Positions 10,358 through 19,346 of a stretch of DNA of 64,000 bases are shown in pieces; position 1 is the first letter of the stretch, and each line of letters opens with the position of its first letter. A model generated the notes under the pieces. That model ran no database searches. It was not told where the DNA came from and was given only the letters and a program-made list of their open reading frames with translations. Origin of the DNA: Bacteroidota bacterium (GTDB lineage: Bacteria > Bacteroidota > Bacteroidia > Flavobacteriales_F > PHOS-HE28); the NCBI GenBank assembly GCA_023418095.1, contig JAEZDL010000078.1:142-64141 (forward strand), given 5' to 3'. The position numbers and the translations under genes were made by a program.

Positions 10358-10729
10358 TCACGTGCGCTCGGGTTGGAAGGATATCTTCATGTGCGTGGTC
10401 TTCCAGATGCCTGTCGGATTCTCGCCGATATCGATCCGGGCAAGTTTCCTGATCACGTAATCCTTCAACTTTTCATTCTTCGAGGTGCACTCCAGCACAG
10501 CGATCTTCCCTTCCGTATCGATCGCGAAGCTCACATATACCTCGCCGGTCATATCGCCTTTTTCCGCGAGCGGGAAGGAAAGGTGGCGGCTCAGTGCGCG
10601 ATCGAGCATTTTTTCCTGCGCCTTCTTCGAGAGGTTGGAATACACCTTCACGGGCTCCGCAGCGAACGCGGTGGCAAGCGTGAATACGGTGGCCATGATG
10701 GCGATCGAACGTGTGATGTTGGTGTTCAT
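10358..10729 (-). CDS. small secreted TonB-C-terminal-like domain protein
   Basis: Start trimmed to MNTNITRSIAIMATVFTLATAFA (signal peptide). The segment GEVYVSFAIDTEGKIAVLECTS...LKDYVIRKL follows the TonB_C-like pattern G.V.V.F.ID..GKI. Confidence 0.6.
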   Translation of the reverse strand: MNTNITRSIAIMATVFTLATAFAAEPVKVYSNLSKKAQEKMLDRALSRHLSFPLAEKGDMTGEVYVSFAIDTEGKIAVLECTSKNEKLKDYVIRKLARIDIGENPTGIWKTTHMKISFQPERT

Positions 10730-10895
10730 CGGTGTGTGGGTTTGTCCATTGGACGGGGATCGAACGCTTGGAGTTACTGCGAACACCAATGATCGTGACG
10801 AGTGGAACGTTCCATGTTTGAACGGTTCGAACTACCCTTCCGAGCAAGGATCAAAAGGAATTTACTCGGATGATATTTTCCATGGAAAATATTTG

Positions 10896-10903
10896 TATCT
10901 TTG
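10896..10903 (+). promoter_or_regulatory. candidate Bacteroidota -7 promoter box (TAnnTTTG) for yceI-like gene
   Basis: TATCTTTG lies 56 nt upstream of ATG 10959 in an AT-rich divergent intergenic region. Confidence 0.35.
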
Positions 10904-10958
10904 TATCCTTCGACAAAAAAGTGAAAGGCTTTTAAAGAACCATCAGAACCATACGAAC

Positions 10959-11513
10959 ATGAATGAAGCAGCAGTAAAACAAGGGACCACGTGGGCGATC
11001 GATCCCGCGCACAGCCAGATCCAATTCAAGGTGCGGCACATGATGATCAGCACCGTTACAGGCACTTTCGACAAATTCCGATCGGAAGTGGAAATGACCG
11101 GTGAGGACCTTTCCACGGCCAAGGTCTTCTTCGAAGCCGATACCGCATCGATCCATACCGGCTCCGCCGATCGGGACAACCACTTGCGCAGCGCGGATTT
11201 CTTCGATGTGGAGAATCATCCGAAGCTCACCTTCAAGGCTACGAGCATCGAGAACGCGGGCGATAACGAATGGAAGGTGAAGGGCGACCTTACGATCCGT
11301 GGCGTTACCAGGCCGATCACCCTCGACATGGAATGGAACGGCGTGAACAAGGACCCATGGGGCAACATGAAGGCAGGTCTGGTGGTTCGTGGAAAGATCA
11401 ACCGCAAGGACTACGGCTTGAACTGGAACGCCATGCTGGAGACCGGCGGTGTGCTCGTGAGCGATGAAGTGCGGGTGGAATGTGAGGTGCAGTATGCCCG
11501 GCAGGACAAATGA
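10959..11513 (+). CDS. YceI family polyisoprenoid-binding protein
   Basis: Start trimmed to ATG 10959. The sequence WAIDPAHSQIQFKVRHMMISTVTGTFDKF and a beta-barrel-like remainder are typical of YceI. Confidence 0.9.
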   Translation: MNEAAVKQGTTWAIDPAHSQIQFKVRHMMISTVTGTFDKFRSEVEMTGEDLSTAKVFFEADTASIHTGSADRDNHLRSADFFDVENHPKLTFKATSIENAGDNEWKVKGDLTIRGVTRPITLDMEWNGVNKDPWGNMKAGLVVRGKINRKDYGLNWNAMLETGGVLVSDEVRVECEVQYARQDK

Positions 11514-11520
11514 TCACACC

Positions 11521-11574
11521 GATAGTGAAAAGAGAAGCCCTGGCGCATCCGCCGGGGCTTCTCTTTTCACTATC
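11521..11574. terminator. bidirectional terminator hairpin between convergent genes
   Basis: Perfect 20-bp inverted repeat: gatagtgaaaagagaagccc (11521..11540) and gggcttctcttttcactatc (11555..11574), with a 14-nt loop. It lies between the stops at 11513 and 11582. Confidence 0.75.
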
Positions 11575-11581
11575 CGGAATT

Positions 11582-12529
11582 TCAGTTGCGGACCACGCGG
11601 TGTACCGATCCCGCCGATCCATCCTGGATACGCACCAGGTAAACACCGGCCGGCATTCCGCTCATATCGATCTGCGTGCGCGAAGTCGCACCCTGTTGCA
11701 AGAACGAACGGCCTTCACTTACCGTGCGGCCGGTAAGATCCACCAGGGAAACCACTGCGTTGCCCGAAGCAGAAGGCATCTCGATCGTGAGAACATCCTT
11801 CACAGGATTGGGATGGATCGAAATACTTCCGGCGTTGTTCTCGCCAACTGACACTGGCGTCAGATCCACCACGGCCACATCATCGATGTAGAAATGCGGT
11901 ACATCCGTTCCACCTGCGTAAGCGAAGAAATTCACGCCACCCAACTGGTTCATGCCTGCGCCACCGGTGACCTGGGTGGCATAATCCCATGTCATTGGGG
12001 TTCCATCGGCGATCGAAAGCGTGCCCGTGCCGCCGTCCAGATCGATGATCATGCCCACTTCGAACCATTCGCCCTGCGGATATGTTCCCGTGGTGGTCTG
12101 GTCATCGGCGATCATCTCAAAAGTGCCATCGGCCAGGAAATTCACGTCCAGGCCCCACTCGGTGCCCGGTGTTTCGGTCTTCTGAATGTTGAAATAGGCA
12201 CCGTTCCCCGGTGTTACGTACATGCTCCAACCCATGCCGTAGGATCCCGTGGTGCGATCGCCGAGTTGCAATACCACATCGAACGGACCGCCGGCGGCCG
12301 TGCCTTCGAATTCAACACTGTTACTGCCTGAAGATGCCTGGTCGGTGGAGATCAGGGGATCTTCCGATCCGCCGGCGGTACCGCTCCAGGTGGACCAGGG
12401 TGCTCCGGCGGACTGGGTTAGCGGCTCACCGGCTGTATAGCTTTCAAAGTCCTCGGCCACGATGATGGTCTGAGCGCACATCGATCCGGCTACAAGAATG
12501 GAGGTTGCAAAGAGTAACGATCTTTTCAT
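11582..12529 (-). CDS. T9SS-secreted protein with LamG/ConA-like jelly-roll domain
   Basis: Start trimmed to MKRSLLFATSILVAGSMCAQ. The C-terminus ISIHPNPVKDVLTIEM...GVYLVRIQDG matches the T9SS C-terminal sorting domain pattern. The N-terminal domain is beta-rich and lectin-like. Confidence 0.8.
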   Translation of the reverse strand: MKRSLLFATSILVAGSMCAQTIIVAEDFESYTAGEPLTQSAGAPWSTWSGTAGGSEDPLISTDQASSGSNSVEFEGTAAGGPFDVVLQLGDRTTGSYGMGWSMYVTPGNGAYFNIQKTETPGTEWGLDVNFLADGTFEMIADDQTTTGTYPQGEWFEVGMIIDLDGGTGTLSIADGTPMTWDYATQVTGGAGMNQLGGVNFFAYAGGTDVPHFYIDDVAVVDLTPVSVGENNAGSISIHPNPVKDVLTIEMPSASGNAVVSLVDLTGRTVSEGRSFLQQGATSRTQIDMSGMPAGVYLVRIQDGSAGSVHRVVRN

Positions 12530-12709
12530 TTGAATGGGTTTTTTAAGTTCGATCGAGCCGAGCATCGCTCAAGTTGCGGACCGTTCAAGTGATGGGCCGT
12601 TGATATTGGAACAAGTGGTTTGACGGAACGTTCGGCCGGGAGGAACTTCCACGTATCGTGGAGATCTTTTCACACCTGCGATCCTGTAACAGAGAATTAC
12701 CTTCGCGAC

Positions 12710-13222
12710 ATGGCCAGAAAGCTGTTCGCCCGCGTGAACGATCGCACCGAAGAGATCATACTCGAACGCTCCAGACCTTCCTCGGCCTGGTCGATCCCGG
12801 GTGAAGAAGATCCGGATCTGAAGGCATCGGGACCTTCGCAATTCAGCCTGATACGCGAAGGCCGCAGCCATCGCATCCTCATCCTGAAGGAAGACAAGGA
12901 GAACGGCATCGTTCGCATGCGGATCGGGGGAAGGAACTATTCAGTAAGACTGCAGGACGAACAGGCGCGCATGATGCGCACCATGGGCTTCGACAGCGCT
13001 GCAGCGAAAGTGAGCGAGATAAAGGCGCCGATGCCCGGTCTTGTGATCAATGTGATCGTAAAGGTGGGGGAAACGGTGAAGAAAGGTGATGCCTTGCTGG
13101 TGCTGGAAGCGATGAAGATGGAGAACGTGATCAAGGCACCGGCTGATGCCGTGGTGAGCGCCTTGCCTGCGGAAAAAGGAAAGGCTGTTGAAAAAGGCCA
13201 GCTCCTGGTAAGCTTCCATTAG
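12710..13222 (+). CDS. biotin carboxyl carrier (biotin/lipoyl attachment domain) protein
   Basis: Start trimmed to ATG 12710. The C-terminal domain has the biotinylation motif LVLEAMKMENVIKAP. Confidence 0.8.
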   Translation: MARKLFARVNDRTEEIILERSRPSSAWSIPGEEDPDLKASGPSQFSLIREGRSHRILILKEDKENGIVRMRIGGRNYSVRLQDEQARMMRTMGFDSAAAKVSEIKAPMPGLVINVIVKVGETVKKGDALLVLEAMKMENVIKAPADAVVSALPAEKGKAVEKGQLLVSFH

Positions 13223-13276
13223 ATCCAGGCGATCGTTTCTGATCGACCTTATCTTCACGCTTCATCCCATCATATC

Positions 13277-14050
13277 ATGGATCAGATCGATCGAAAAAAA
13301 TTCCTCTCCAATTCAGTAAAGGCCGCCTTCGGCACATTCTTCCTCGGCCCCCTCGTTCTGCAGGCCAGTTCATGCGCGGAGACCACGACGGCCACGGAAA
13401 CCACAGGGAACGATGCGGACACCACATCCACTGGATCGGTGCCTGCTGCCGCATTCGCACTTTCACGGATCGAACTTCCCTATGCGTATAATGCATTGGA
13501 ACCGCATATCGATGCGCGTACGATGGAGTTGCACTACACCAAGCATCACGCGGGTTACGAAAGCAAGTTGAAAGCAGCGATCGAAGAAGAGAGGATCAAT
13601 GCTTCCACTGAGGAAGAATTCTTCTCACGGATCGGAAAACTGAGCGAGACCGCGCGTAACAACGGCGGCGGAACGTGGAACCACAATTTCTTCTGGCAGG
13701 TGATGGCCCCCGCTGGATCGGCGAAGCCAGAAGGAAAAGTGCTCGATGCGATCAATGGCGGTTTCGGTTCCCTTGAAAAGTTCAAGGAGGAATTCGCCAA
13801 CGCGGCAAAGGGCCGCTTTGGAAGCGGCTGGGCCTGGCTGGTGGATCGCGATGGCAAGCTGGAGATCGGCTCCACGCCGAACCAGGACAATCCGTTGATG
13901 GACGTGAGCGAATTCCGCGGAAAGCCCTTGCTGGGCCTCGATGTTTGGGAACACGCCTATTACCTCAAATACCAGAACAAGCGCGACGAGTACATCAACA
14001 ATTGGTGGAACGTGGTGAACTGGAACGAGGTGGCCAAGCGGCTGGGTTGA
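13277..14050 (+). CDS. Fe/Mn-family superoxide dismutase with N-terminal export/lipoprotein-like extension
   Basis: SOD core motifs are LPYAYNALEPHIDARTMELHYTKHH and LGLDVWEHAYYLKYQNKR. The core is preceded by about 60 extra residues (MDQIDRKKFL..., hydrophobic stretch, ASSC, Thr-rich linker). Confidence 0.9.
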   Translation: MDQIDRKKFLSNSVKAAFGTFFLGPLVLQASSCAETTTATETTGNDADTTSTGSVPAAAFALSRIELPYAYNALEPHIDARTMELHYTKHHAGYESKLKAAIEEERINASTEEEFFSRIGKLSETARNNGGGTWNHNFFWQVMAPAGSAKPEGKVLDAINGGFGSLEKFKEEFANAAKGRFGSGWAWLVDRDGKLEIGSTPNQDNPLMDVSEFRGKPLLGLDVWEHAYYLKYQNKRDEYINNWWNVVNWNEVAKRLG

Positions 14051-14054
14051 TCGC

Positions 14055-15092
14055 TCATTCCGAACCGCTTCCTTTTTCGATAGACGCTTCCAGCTTCTTC
14101 AAACGCTGAACGATCCCATCCAGGTTGCGGAAGTGGATGTATGCCTTTTTGTATTTTGAGATCTCGAAGGCTGGTCCGCCCATGTAGGCTTCGCCGGGTT
14201 TGGTGATGCTCTTGCTCACGCCAGCGCCCGCCGCAAGTATCGTGTTGTCCGCGATCTTCAGATGGCCCACGATGCCGACCTGGCCGCTGAACATGCAATT
14301 CCTGCCGACCTTGGTGGATCCCGCGATCACGTTCGCTGCGGCGATGTACGTGTTCTCCCCGATCTCCACGTTGTGTGCGATGTGGATCAGGTTATCGAAC
14401 TTCACTCCTTTGCGCAGGATCGTACTTCCCAACGTCGCGCGATCGATCGCGCAATTCGCACCGATCTCCACATCATCCTCGATCACCACATTTCCGATCT
14501 GCGGGATCTTTTCACCGCCACCAGGCCCGGTCGCGAAACGGAACCCATCGCTTCCCATCACGGTGCCACTATGGATGATGCAACGCGCCCCGATCACGCA
14601 ATCCGCGTAGATCTTCACACCGGCGAAAATGGTGGTGTCATCACCGATCGAAACATTGTCACCGATGTACGCCTGCGGGTGGATCTTCACGTTATTCCCG
14701 ATCCGTGCGTTGTCGCCAATGAACGCCAAAGCGCCGATGTAGCAATCGCTTCCGATCGTTGCACTTTCGCTGATCTCCGCTTTTGGCGAGATCCCTTTCT
14801 TATCGTTCTTCAGCGTGTTGTAGACACCAAGCAACTTTGCAAAAGCTTTCTCCGCGCTCTCCACGCGAAGCAGGCTGGCCGCGATCGGCGCGGTTGCCAC
14901 GAAATCATTGTTCACGATCACCAGCGAAGCGGTGGTGGTATAGATGTATTGCGTGTATGCTGGATTTGCAAGGAATGAAAGTGATCCCGGCCCACCTTCC
15001 TCGATCTTTGAAAGTCTGGTGATCGCCACGTTGCCGTCGCCTTCGATCGTGCCGCCGAGTAGTTCTGCGATCTGTTGCGCTGTGAATTGCAT
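14055..15092 (-). CDS. lpxD: UDP-3-O-acylglucosamine N-acyltransferase
   Basis: Start trimmed to [20 protein letters not shown]. The protein has a long left-handed beta-helix with hexapeptide repeats and an LpxD-type C-terminal helix. Confidence 0.92.
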   Translation of the reverse strand: MQFTAQQIAELLGGTIEGDGNVAITRLSKIEEGGPGSLSFLANPAYTQYIYTTTASLVIVNNDFVATAPIAASLLRVESAEKAFAKLLGVYNTLKNDKKGISPKAEISESATIGSDCYIGALAFIGDNARIGNNVKIHPQAYIGDNVSIGDDTTIFAGVKIYADCVIGARCIIHSGTVMGSDGFRFATGPGGGEKIPQIGNVVIEDDVEIGANCAIDRATLGSTILRKGVKFDNLIHIAHNVEIGENTYIAAANVIAGSTKVGRNCMFSGQVGIVGHLKIADNTILAAGAGVSKSITKPGEAYMGGPAFEISKYKKAYIHFRNLDGIVQRLKKLEASIEKGSGSE

Positions 15093-15155
15093 GCTGCGTT
15101 GAAAGTGTCGCAAGCTAAGTCAGGCCGCACTTCGATCGAATAGTTTCGCGATCGA

Positions 15156-16160
15156 ATGGGATTGCCGCGAGTTTCCGTATTGATGCCTTATCACAATGCG
15201 GCTTCCACGATCGAGGCAGCGATCGAAAGCATGATACGCCAGAGCTTCGCCGATCTGGAGTTGATCCTGATCGACAATGCTTCCACCGATGAAAGCCGGG
15301 CGATCATGAAGGAATGGATTAGAAGAGATCATCGCCTCCGATCCGTGGAAGAACCGCGGATCGGGATCGCATTCGCATTGAACACTGGGTTGCTTCATGC
15401 CAAAGGAGATCTGATCGCGCGCATGGATGCCGATGATATTTCCCTTCCCGACCGGATCGAAAAGCAGGTCGCCTTCATGGATCGGAACCCGGACATCGGC
15501 GTGTTGGGCACTCGCACGCAATTCCGATCTACGGTGAATAAGAACAGCGGAATGCAATGGTTCGTTCAATGGCAGAACAAGATCCTTTCAACCGGGGATC
15601 ATTTCATCAAGCGCTTCATCGATGTGCCGCTCGCGCATCCCACCGTGATGTTCCGCAAAAGTTTGATCGCGGAATTCGGAGGTTATTCCACCGATCCACT
15701 TCCTGAAGATCATGAGTTGTGGCTGCGCTGGATGGATGCAGGTGTGCGCTTCGCGAAGCTGCCGGAGGAACTGTTGATCTGGAACGATCACGCTGATAGG
15801 CTCAGCCGGAACCATCCGAACTACAGCGTTCACAGTTTCTACCGGACGAAGGTGAAATGGCTGGCGAAATGGCTGGATCAGATCCTGAATGGAAGAGATC
15901 TGATCATCGCTGGAACGAGCACGATGTGCAGGGAACGCGCGGCATTGCTGGAGAATGAAGGGATCCGCATCCATGCGTTCACCGATGTACGGTTTCGTGA
16001 AGTACCGTGCTATCGCTTCATCGAGCACGATCAACTTCCCCCGAAGGGGGAAGCGTTCATCGTTTCCTTCATTTCGCAACGCGGCACAGGCGATCGGATC
16101 GCAGCTTATTTCAATTCGATCGGCCTGTTCGAAGGCGAGGACTTCATCCTCGCGGCCTGA
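15156..16160 (+). CDS. glycosyltransferase family 2 protein
   Basis: N-terminal GT-A motifs are VSVLMPYHNAASTIEAAIESMIRQSF, IDNASTDES and ARMDADD. There is an extra C-terminal domain of about 90 aa. Confidence 0.85.
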   Translation: MGLPRVSVLMPYHNAASTIEAAIESMIRQSFADLELILIDNASTDESRAIMKEWIRRDHRLRSVEEPRIGIAFALNTGLLHAKGDLIARMDADDISLPDRIEKQVAFMDRNPDIGVLGTRTQFRSTVNKNSGMQWFVQWQNKILSTGDHFIKRFIDVPLAHPTVMFRKSLIAEFGGYSTDPLPEDHELWLRWMDAGVRFAKLPEELLIWNDHADRLSRNHPNYSVHSFYRTKVKWLAKWLDQILNGRDLIIAGTSTMCRERAALLENEGIRIHAFTDVRFREVPCYRFIEHDQLPPKGEAFIVSFISQRGTGDRIAAYFNSIGLFEGEDFILAA

Positions 16161-16397
16161 TCACTCCTCGACCACGCGCTCACCGCGCTTCGGCCGGAGT
16201 TTATCGCGAACGGTCACAAGATGTTTCTCGTCGCATTCCAGGATCGCGATGGATCGCAACTGCTGCTCGCGTACCCAATGCTTGTAATCGCGTATGCCTT
16301 CCCTATCGCAGAACGCATCGATCTTCTCAAGGAAATGTTCAGCGGTGTGCTTCGCATCCGGCCCGAAAAAATCCCAATGAAAACGCAACAACGACAT
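16161..16397 (-). CDS. small conserved-looking hypothetical protein
   Basis: 78/79-aa ORF that exactly fills the gap between the GT2 stop and gpsA. Its start overlaps the gpsA stop (GTGATG at 16395..16400). The composition is balanced and non-shadow-like. Confidence 0.5.
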   Translation of the reverse strand: MSLLRFHWDFFGPDAKHTAEHFLEKIDAFCDREGIRDYKHWVREQQLRSIAILECDEKHLVTVRDKLRPKRGERVVEE

Positions 16398-17389
16398 CAC
16401 GCCAGTTTATCGCTCAACAACCGCATCTCCATCGCTGGTGCCATGCGTTCGTAGAGCATGCGGTACGTTGCTTCACTGATCGGCATGTCGACCTTCAGTT
16501 CCTTGTTGATCTCGTGCACACACTTCACCGCGTAATATCCTTCAGCAACCATGTTCATTTCCAGTTGCGCTGCGCGAACGCTGTATCCTTTTCCGATCAT
16601 GTTGCCGAATTCCCGGTTGCGGCTGAAGGTGGAATAAGCCGTTACCAGCAGATCGCCGAGATACGCCGGTTCATTTATGTCGCGATCGATGGGATGCACC
16701 GCTTCAACGAACCGATCGATCTCCTGGATCGCGCGGCTTACGAGCACCGCACGAAAGTTATCGCCGTAACCAAGACCAACGCTTATCCCTGCCGCGACCG
16801 CGATCACGTTCTTCAGGATCGCTGCGTATTCAGTGCCGTAGATGTCATCGCTCAAGGTGGTCTTCATGAAGCGGCCGTTGAGCGCCCTGCCCATGAACGC
16901 CGCCGATCGCTGATCCTGGCTCGCGATCGTGAGATAGCTCAAGCGTTCCATGGCGACCTCCTCCGCATGGCATGGCCCGCAGATCACCCCGAAATCCTCC
17001 GGCTCCACGCCACAATGCTGGAAAAGGAATTCTCCCACGATCTGGTTGGTCTCTGGAATGATCCCCTTCACCGCACTGAAGATCTTCTTTCCGGCAAGCT
17101 CCGATGGATCGAGAAGATCGATGGTCGCCTTGAGAAACGCGCTGGGAACAGCGATCACGAGAACATCACTCTCGCGCACCACGCGATGGATGTCATCATC
17201 GATCGCCAAACGATCCACATCGAATTGCGCAGCACTGATGTAATCGGGATTGTGGCCATATTTCCTGATGTGCTCGATCGTTTCCTTCCTGCGGATCCAC
17301 CAACCGACACGATCGGAATTGCTGGAAAGCAATTTCACCAAGGCAGTTCCCCAGCTGCCGCCGCCGATCACCGCGATCCTGTTGTTCAT
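16397..17389 (-). CDS. gpsA: NAD(P)H-dependent glycerol-3-phosphate dehydrogenase
   Basis: Has the IAVIGGGSWGTALVKLL dinucleotide fold and a GpsA-type C-terminal domain. The start overlaps the upstream stop (ATGA, 17386..17389). Confidence 0.93.
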   Translation of the reverse strand: MNNRIAVIGGGSWGTALVKLLSSNSDRVGWWIRRKETIEHIRKYGHNPDYISAAQFDVDRLAIDDDIHRVVRESDVLVIAVPSAFLKATIDLLDPSELAGKKIFSAVKGIIPETNQIVGEFLFQHCGVEPEDFGVICGPCHAEEVAMERLSYLTIASQDQRSAAFMGRALNGRFMKTTLSDDIYGTEYAAILKNVIAVAAGISVGLGYGDNFRAVLVSRAIQEIDRFVEAVHPIDRDINEPAYLGDLLVTAYSTFSRNREFGNMIGKGYSVRAAQLEMNMVAEGYYAVKCVHEINKELKVDMPISEATYRMLYERMAPAMEMRLLSDKLA

Positions 17390-19053
17390 TGGAAAGTGAT
17401 CTGCTTCTCGATCCGCTCCTCACCTCGCATTACGACGATCGTTGTCGTACTGCCTTTCTCGAACATGCTCAGCGCTTTCATGTAGGTCATCATATCGCTC
17501 ACCTCGATATCTCCAAGCCGGATCACGACATCACCTGCTTTTAGCCCTGCCACGGCGGCCGGTTTTCCATCGGAAACACCATCGATCCGCATTCCCTTGC
17601 CATCGAACATGTAATCGGGTACCACGCCAAGCGTCACCTTGAAGCGCGGTACGGCCTCAGCGTTCTCCTCCTGCGTTTTTGTGAACGGAAGCTTTCCGCG
17701 ACCGTCCAGCGCATCCATCAAACCAAGGATGTGCGCCCTCACACGCAACATGCCATCGTAGTTGATCTTCTCCTCGGTATCGCTCGGCTTATGATAATCA
17801 GGATGGGTTCCGGTGAAGTAATGGATCGCGGGCACCTCCTTCAGGTAGAAGCTGGTGTGATCGCTGGGACCGATCCCACTTGTGTTCTTCTTCACGTTCA
17901 GATCGCCCGCGGTGATGCTGTCGATCACACTCCACGCCGGCGAAGTGCCGACCCCGTTGATACCGAGATTGTGAGTACTGTCCAATCGGCCGACCATGTC
18001 CATGTTGATCATGTAGTTCAACTTCTCGATCGGGATCGTGGGATCTTTTGTCCAGTGGTTCGATCCAAAAAGACCTTTCTCCTCTCCGCTGAAGGCGATG
18101 AAGAGATGATCGTTGGCTTTCACCGATGAAGCTTGAAGATCGCGAGCCAGCTGCAGCATCACCGCAACACCGCTCGCGTTGTCATCTGCACCATGATGGA
18201 TCGCCTTTTCGCCGCGGTGCAACGAGCCATCATCGCCCCAGCCGAGGTGATCGAAATGCGCACCGATAACGATCACGTTCTCACCAGGCCCATCGATCAT
18301 TGCGGCCACATTGTACGCGGTACGCTGTTCGCGGAGGATATCCACGTTCAACACACATGGATTTCCGTCCGCAAGAAGTTCCTGATGAAGTTCGCCCATC
18401 AGAAAGATGACCGGGATCGAAAGCGGAACTCCTTGGGCTGAAAGCCGATCGGATGGTGCTGGCGCTGCCGGATCGTCGTTGTAGAAGAGCACGGCTGATG
18501 CACCCACGGCCGCAGCTTTTTCTGCGCGTGAACGAAGATCATGATGTGCGAGGAACTTGCTGTGCGGATGAATGCCATCCGGCGAACTGATCGAGATCGC
18601 CGCGATCTTTCCTTTCAGATCCACATCCTTCAGATCATCGTGTTGCAGATCCGGAGCCTGGATGCCGTAACCAATCCGCTGGATCTTGCCACGCGCCAAC
18701 CCACTGCCGGATGAAGAGATCGGATGGAATTCCTCGCCGAGCTTCAGCTTCTTCCGTCCGAGCTGCAATTCGGTCGCGGGGCGCACGATCGGCTGCGCGT
18801 TGAACGTGAACGGTTGCCGATAACTTCCGTCCGTGCCTGCGGGTTTCGCCCCCAATGTCCGGAACGCTGCAGCGATGTGATCGGCGGCGAGCTTTTCTCC
18901 TTCAGTGCCGGCCTCACGACCCTCCAATTCCGCGCTGGCGAGATAGCGCACATCGGCCTGCATCCTTTGCAGCGCAAGCGTATCAGGTTCTTGTGCGCAG
19001 AGAGCGATCGGTAATAAAAGGCCCAGGATCGGAGCAGAACTGTTCGCATTCAT
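17386..19053 (-). CDS. M28 family metallopeptidase with PA-like insert and C-terminal PDZ domain
   Basis: Signal peptide. M28 motifs are IGAHFDHLGWGDDG, HHGADDNASGVA and FSGEEKGLFGSNHW. The C-terminal PDZ contains VAGLKAGDVVIRLGD. Confidence 0.85.
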   Translation of the reverse strand: MNANSSAPILGLLLPIALCAQEPDTLALQRMQADVRYLASAELEGREAGTEGEKLAADHIAAAFRTLGAKPAGTDGSYRQPFTFNAQPIVRPATELQLGRKKLKLGEEFHPISSSGSGLARGKIQRIGYGIQAPDLQHDDLKDVDLKGKIAAISISSPDGIHPHSKFLAHHDLRSRAEKAAAVGASAVLFYNDDPAAPAPSDRLSAQGVPLSIPVIFLMGELHQELLADGNPCVLNVDILREQRTAYNVAAMIDGPGENVIVIGAHFDHLGWGDDGSLHRGEKAIHHGADDNASGVAVMLQLARDLQASSVKANDHLFIAFSGEEKGLFGSNHWTKDPTIPIEKLNYMINMDMVGRLDSTHNLGINGVGTSPAWSVIDSITAGDLNVKKNTSGIGPSDHTSFYLKEVPAIHYFTGTHPDYHKPSDTEEKINYDGMLRVRAHILGLMDALDGRGKLPFTKTQEENAEAVPRFKVTLGVVPDYMFDGKGMRIDGVSDGKPAAVAGLKAGDVVIRLGDIEVSDMMTYMKALSMFEKGSTTTIVVMRGEERIEKQITFQ

Positions 19054-19118
19054 TGTGCCGCGAAGATACCAAGGTGGCCGATCGCAAATTTTTCAGCTCC
19101 CGTTGCGAACTTCACTGA

Positions 19119-19346
19119 ATGAAAAGTGTGCTTGTCGCCCTGGCCGGGATCATTTCATTGATCTATCTGCTGAATCCGACGCTCGGGATCTTCGAATTGC
19201 TTCCGGACAATCTGCCGATCATCGGGAATCTTGATGAAGCCACGGCGATGATGGTGCTTCTCGCCGCACTCCGGTATTTCGGGCTGGACCTTACGCGCTT
19301 TTTCAAGCGATCCAATACGATCGACTTCGGCAAGTACGATCGTTGA
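19119..19346 (+). CDS. DUF1232/YkvA-like small membrane protein
   Basis: 75 aa. ELLPDNLPIIGNLDEA resembles the YkvA-family D.IPD.IP.IG..DD motif. Two hydrophobic helices. Confidence 0.6.
   Translation: MKSVLVALAGIISLIYLLNPTLGIFELLPDNLPIIGNLDEATAMMVLLAALRYFGLDLTRFFKRSNTIDFGKYDR

Noticed and set aside
16007-17485. 492-aa plus-strand ORF spanning the end of the GT2 gene, the small ORF and all of gpsA.
   Set aside because: It is antisense or out of frame to well-recognised genes (gpsA has clear motifs). The translation is R/H/P/A-rich with no motif. Long stop-free antisense frames are expected from the codon and GATC bias of this genome.
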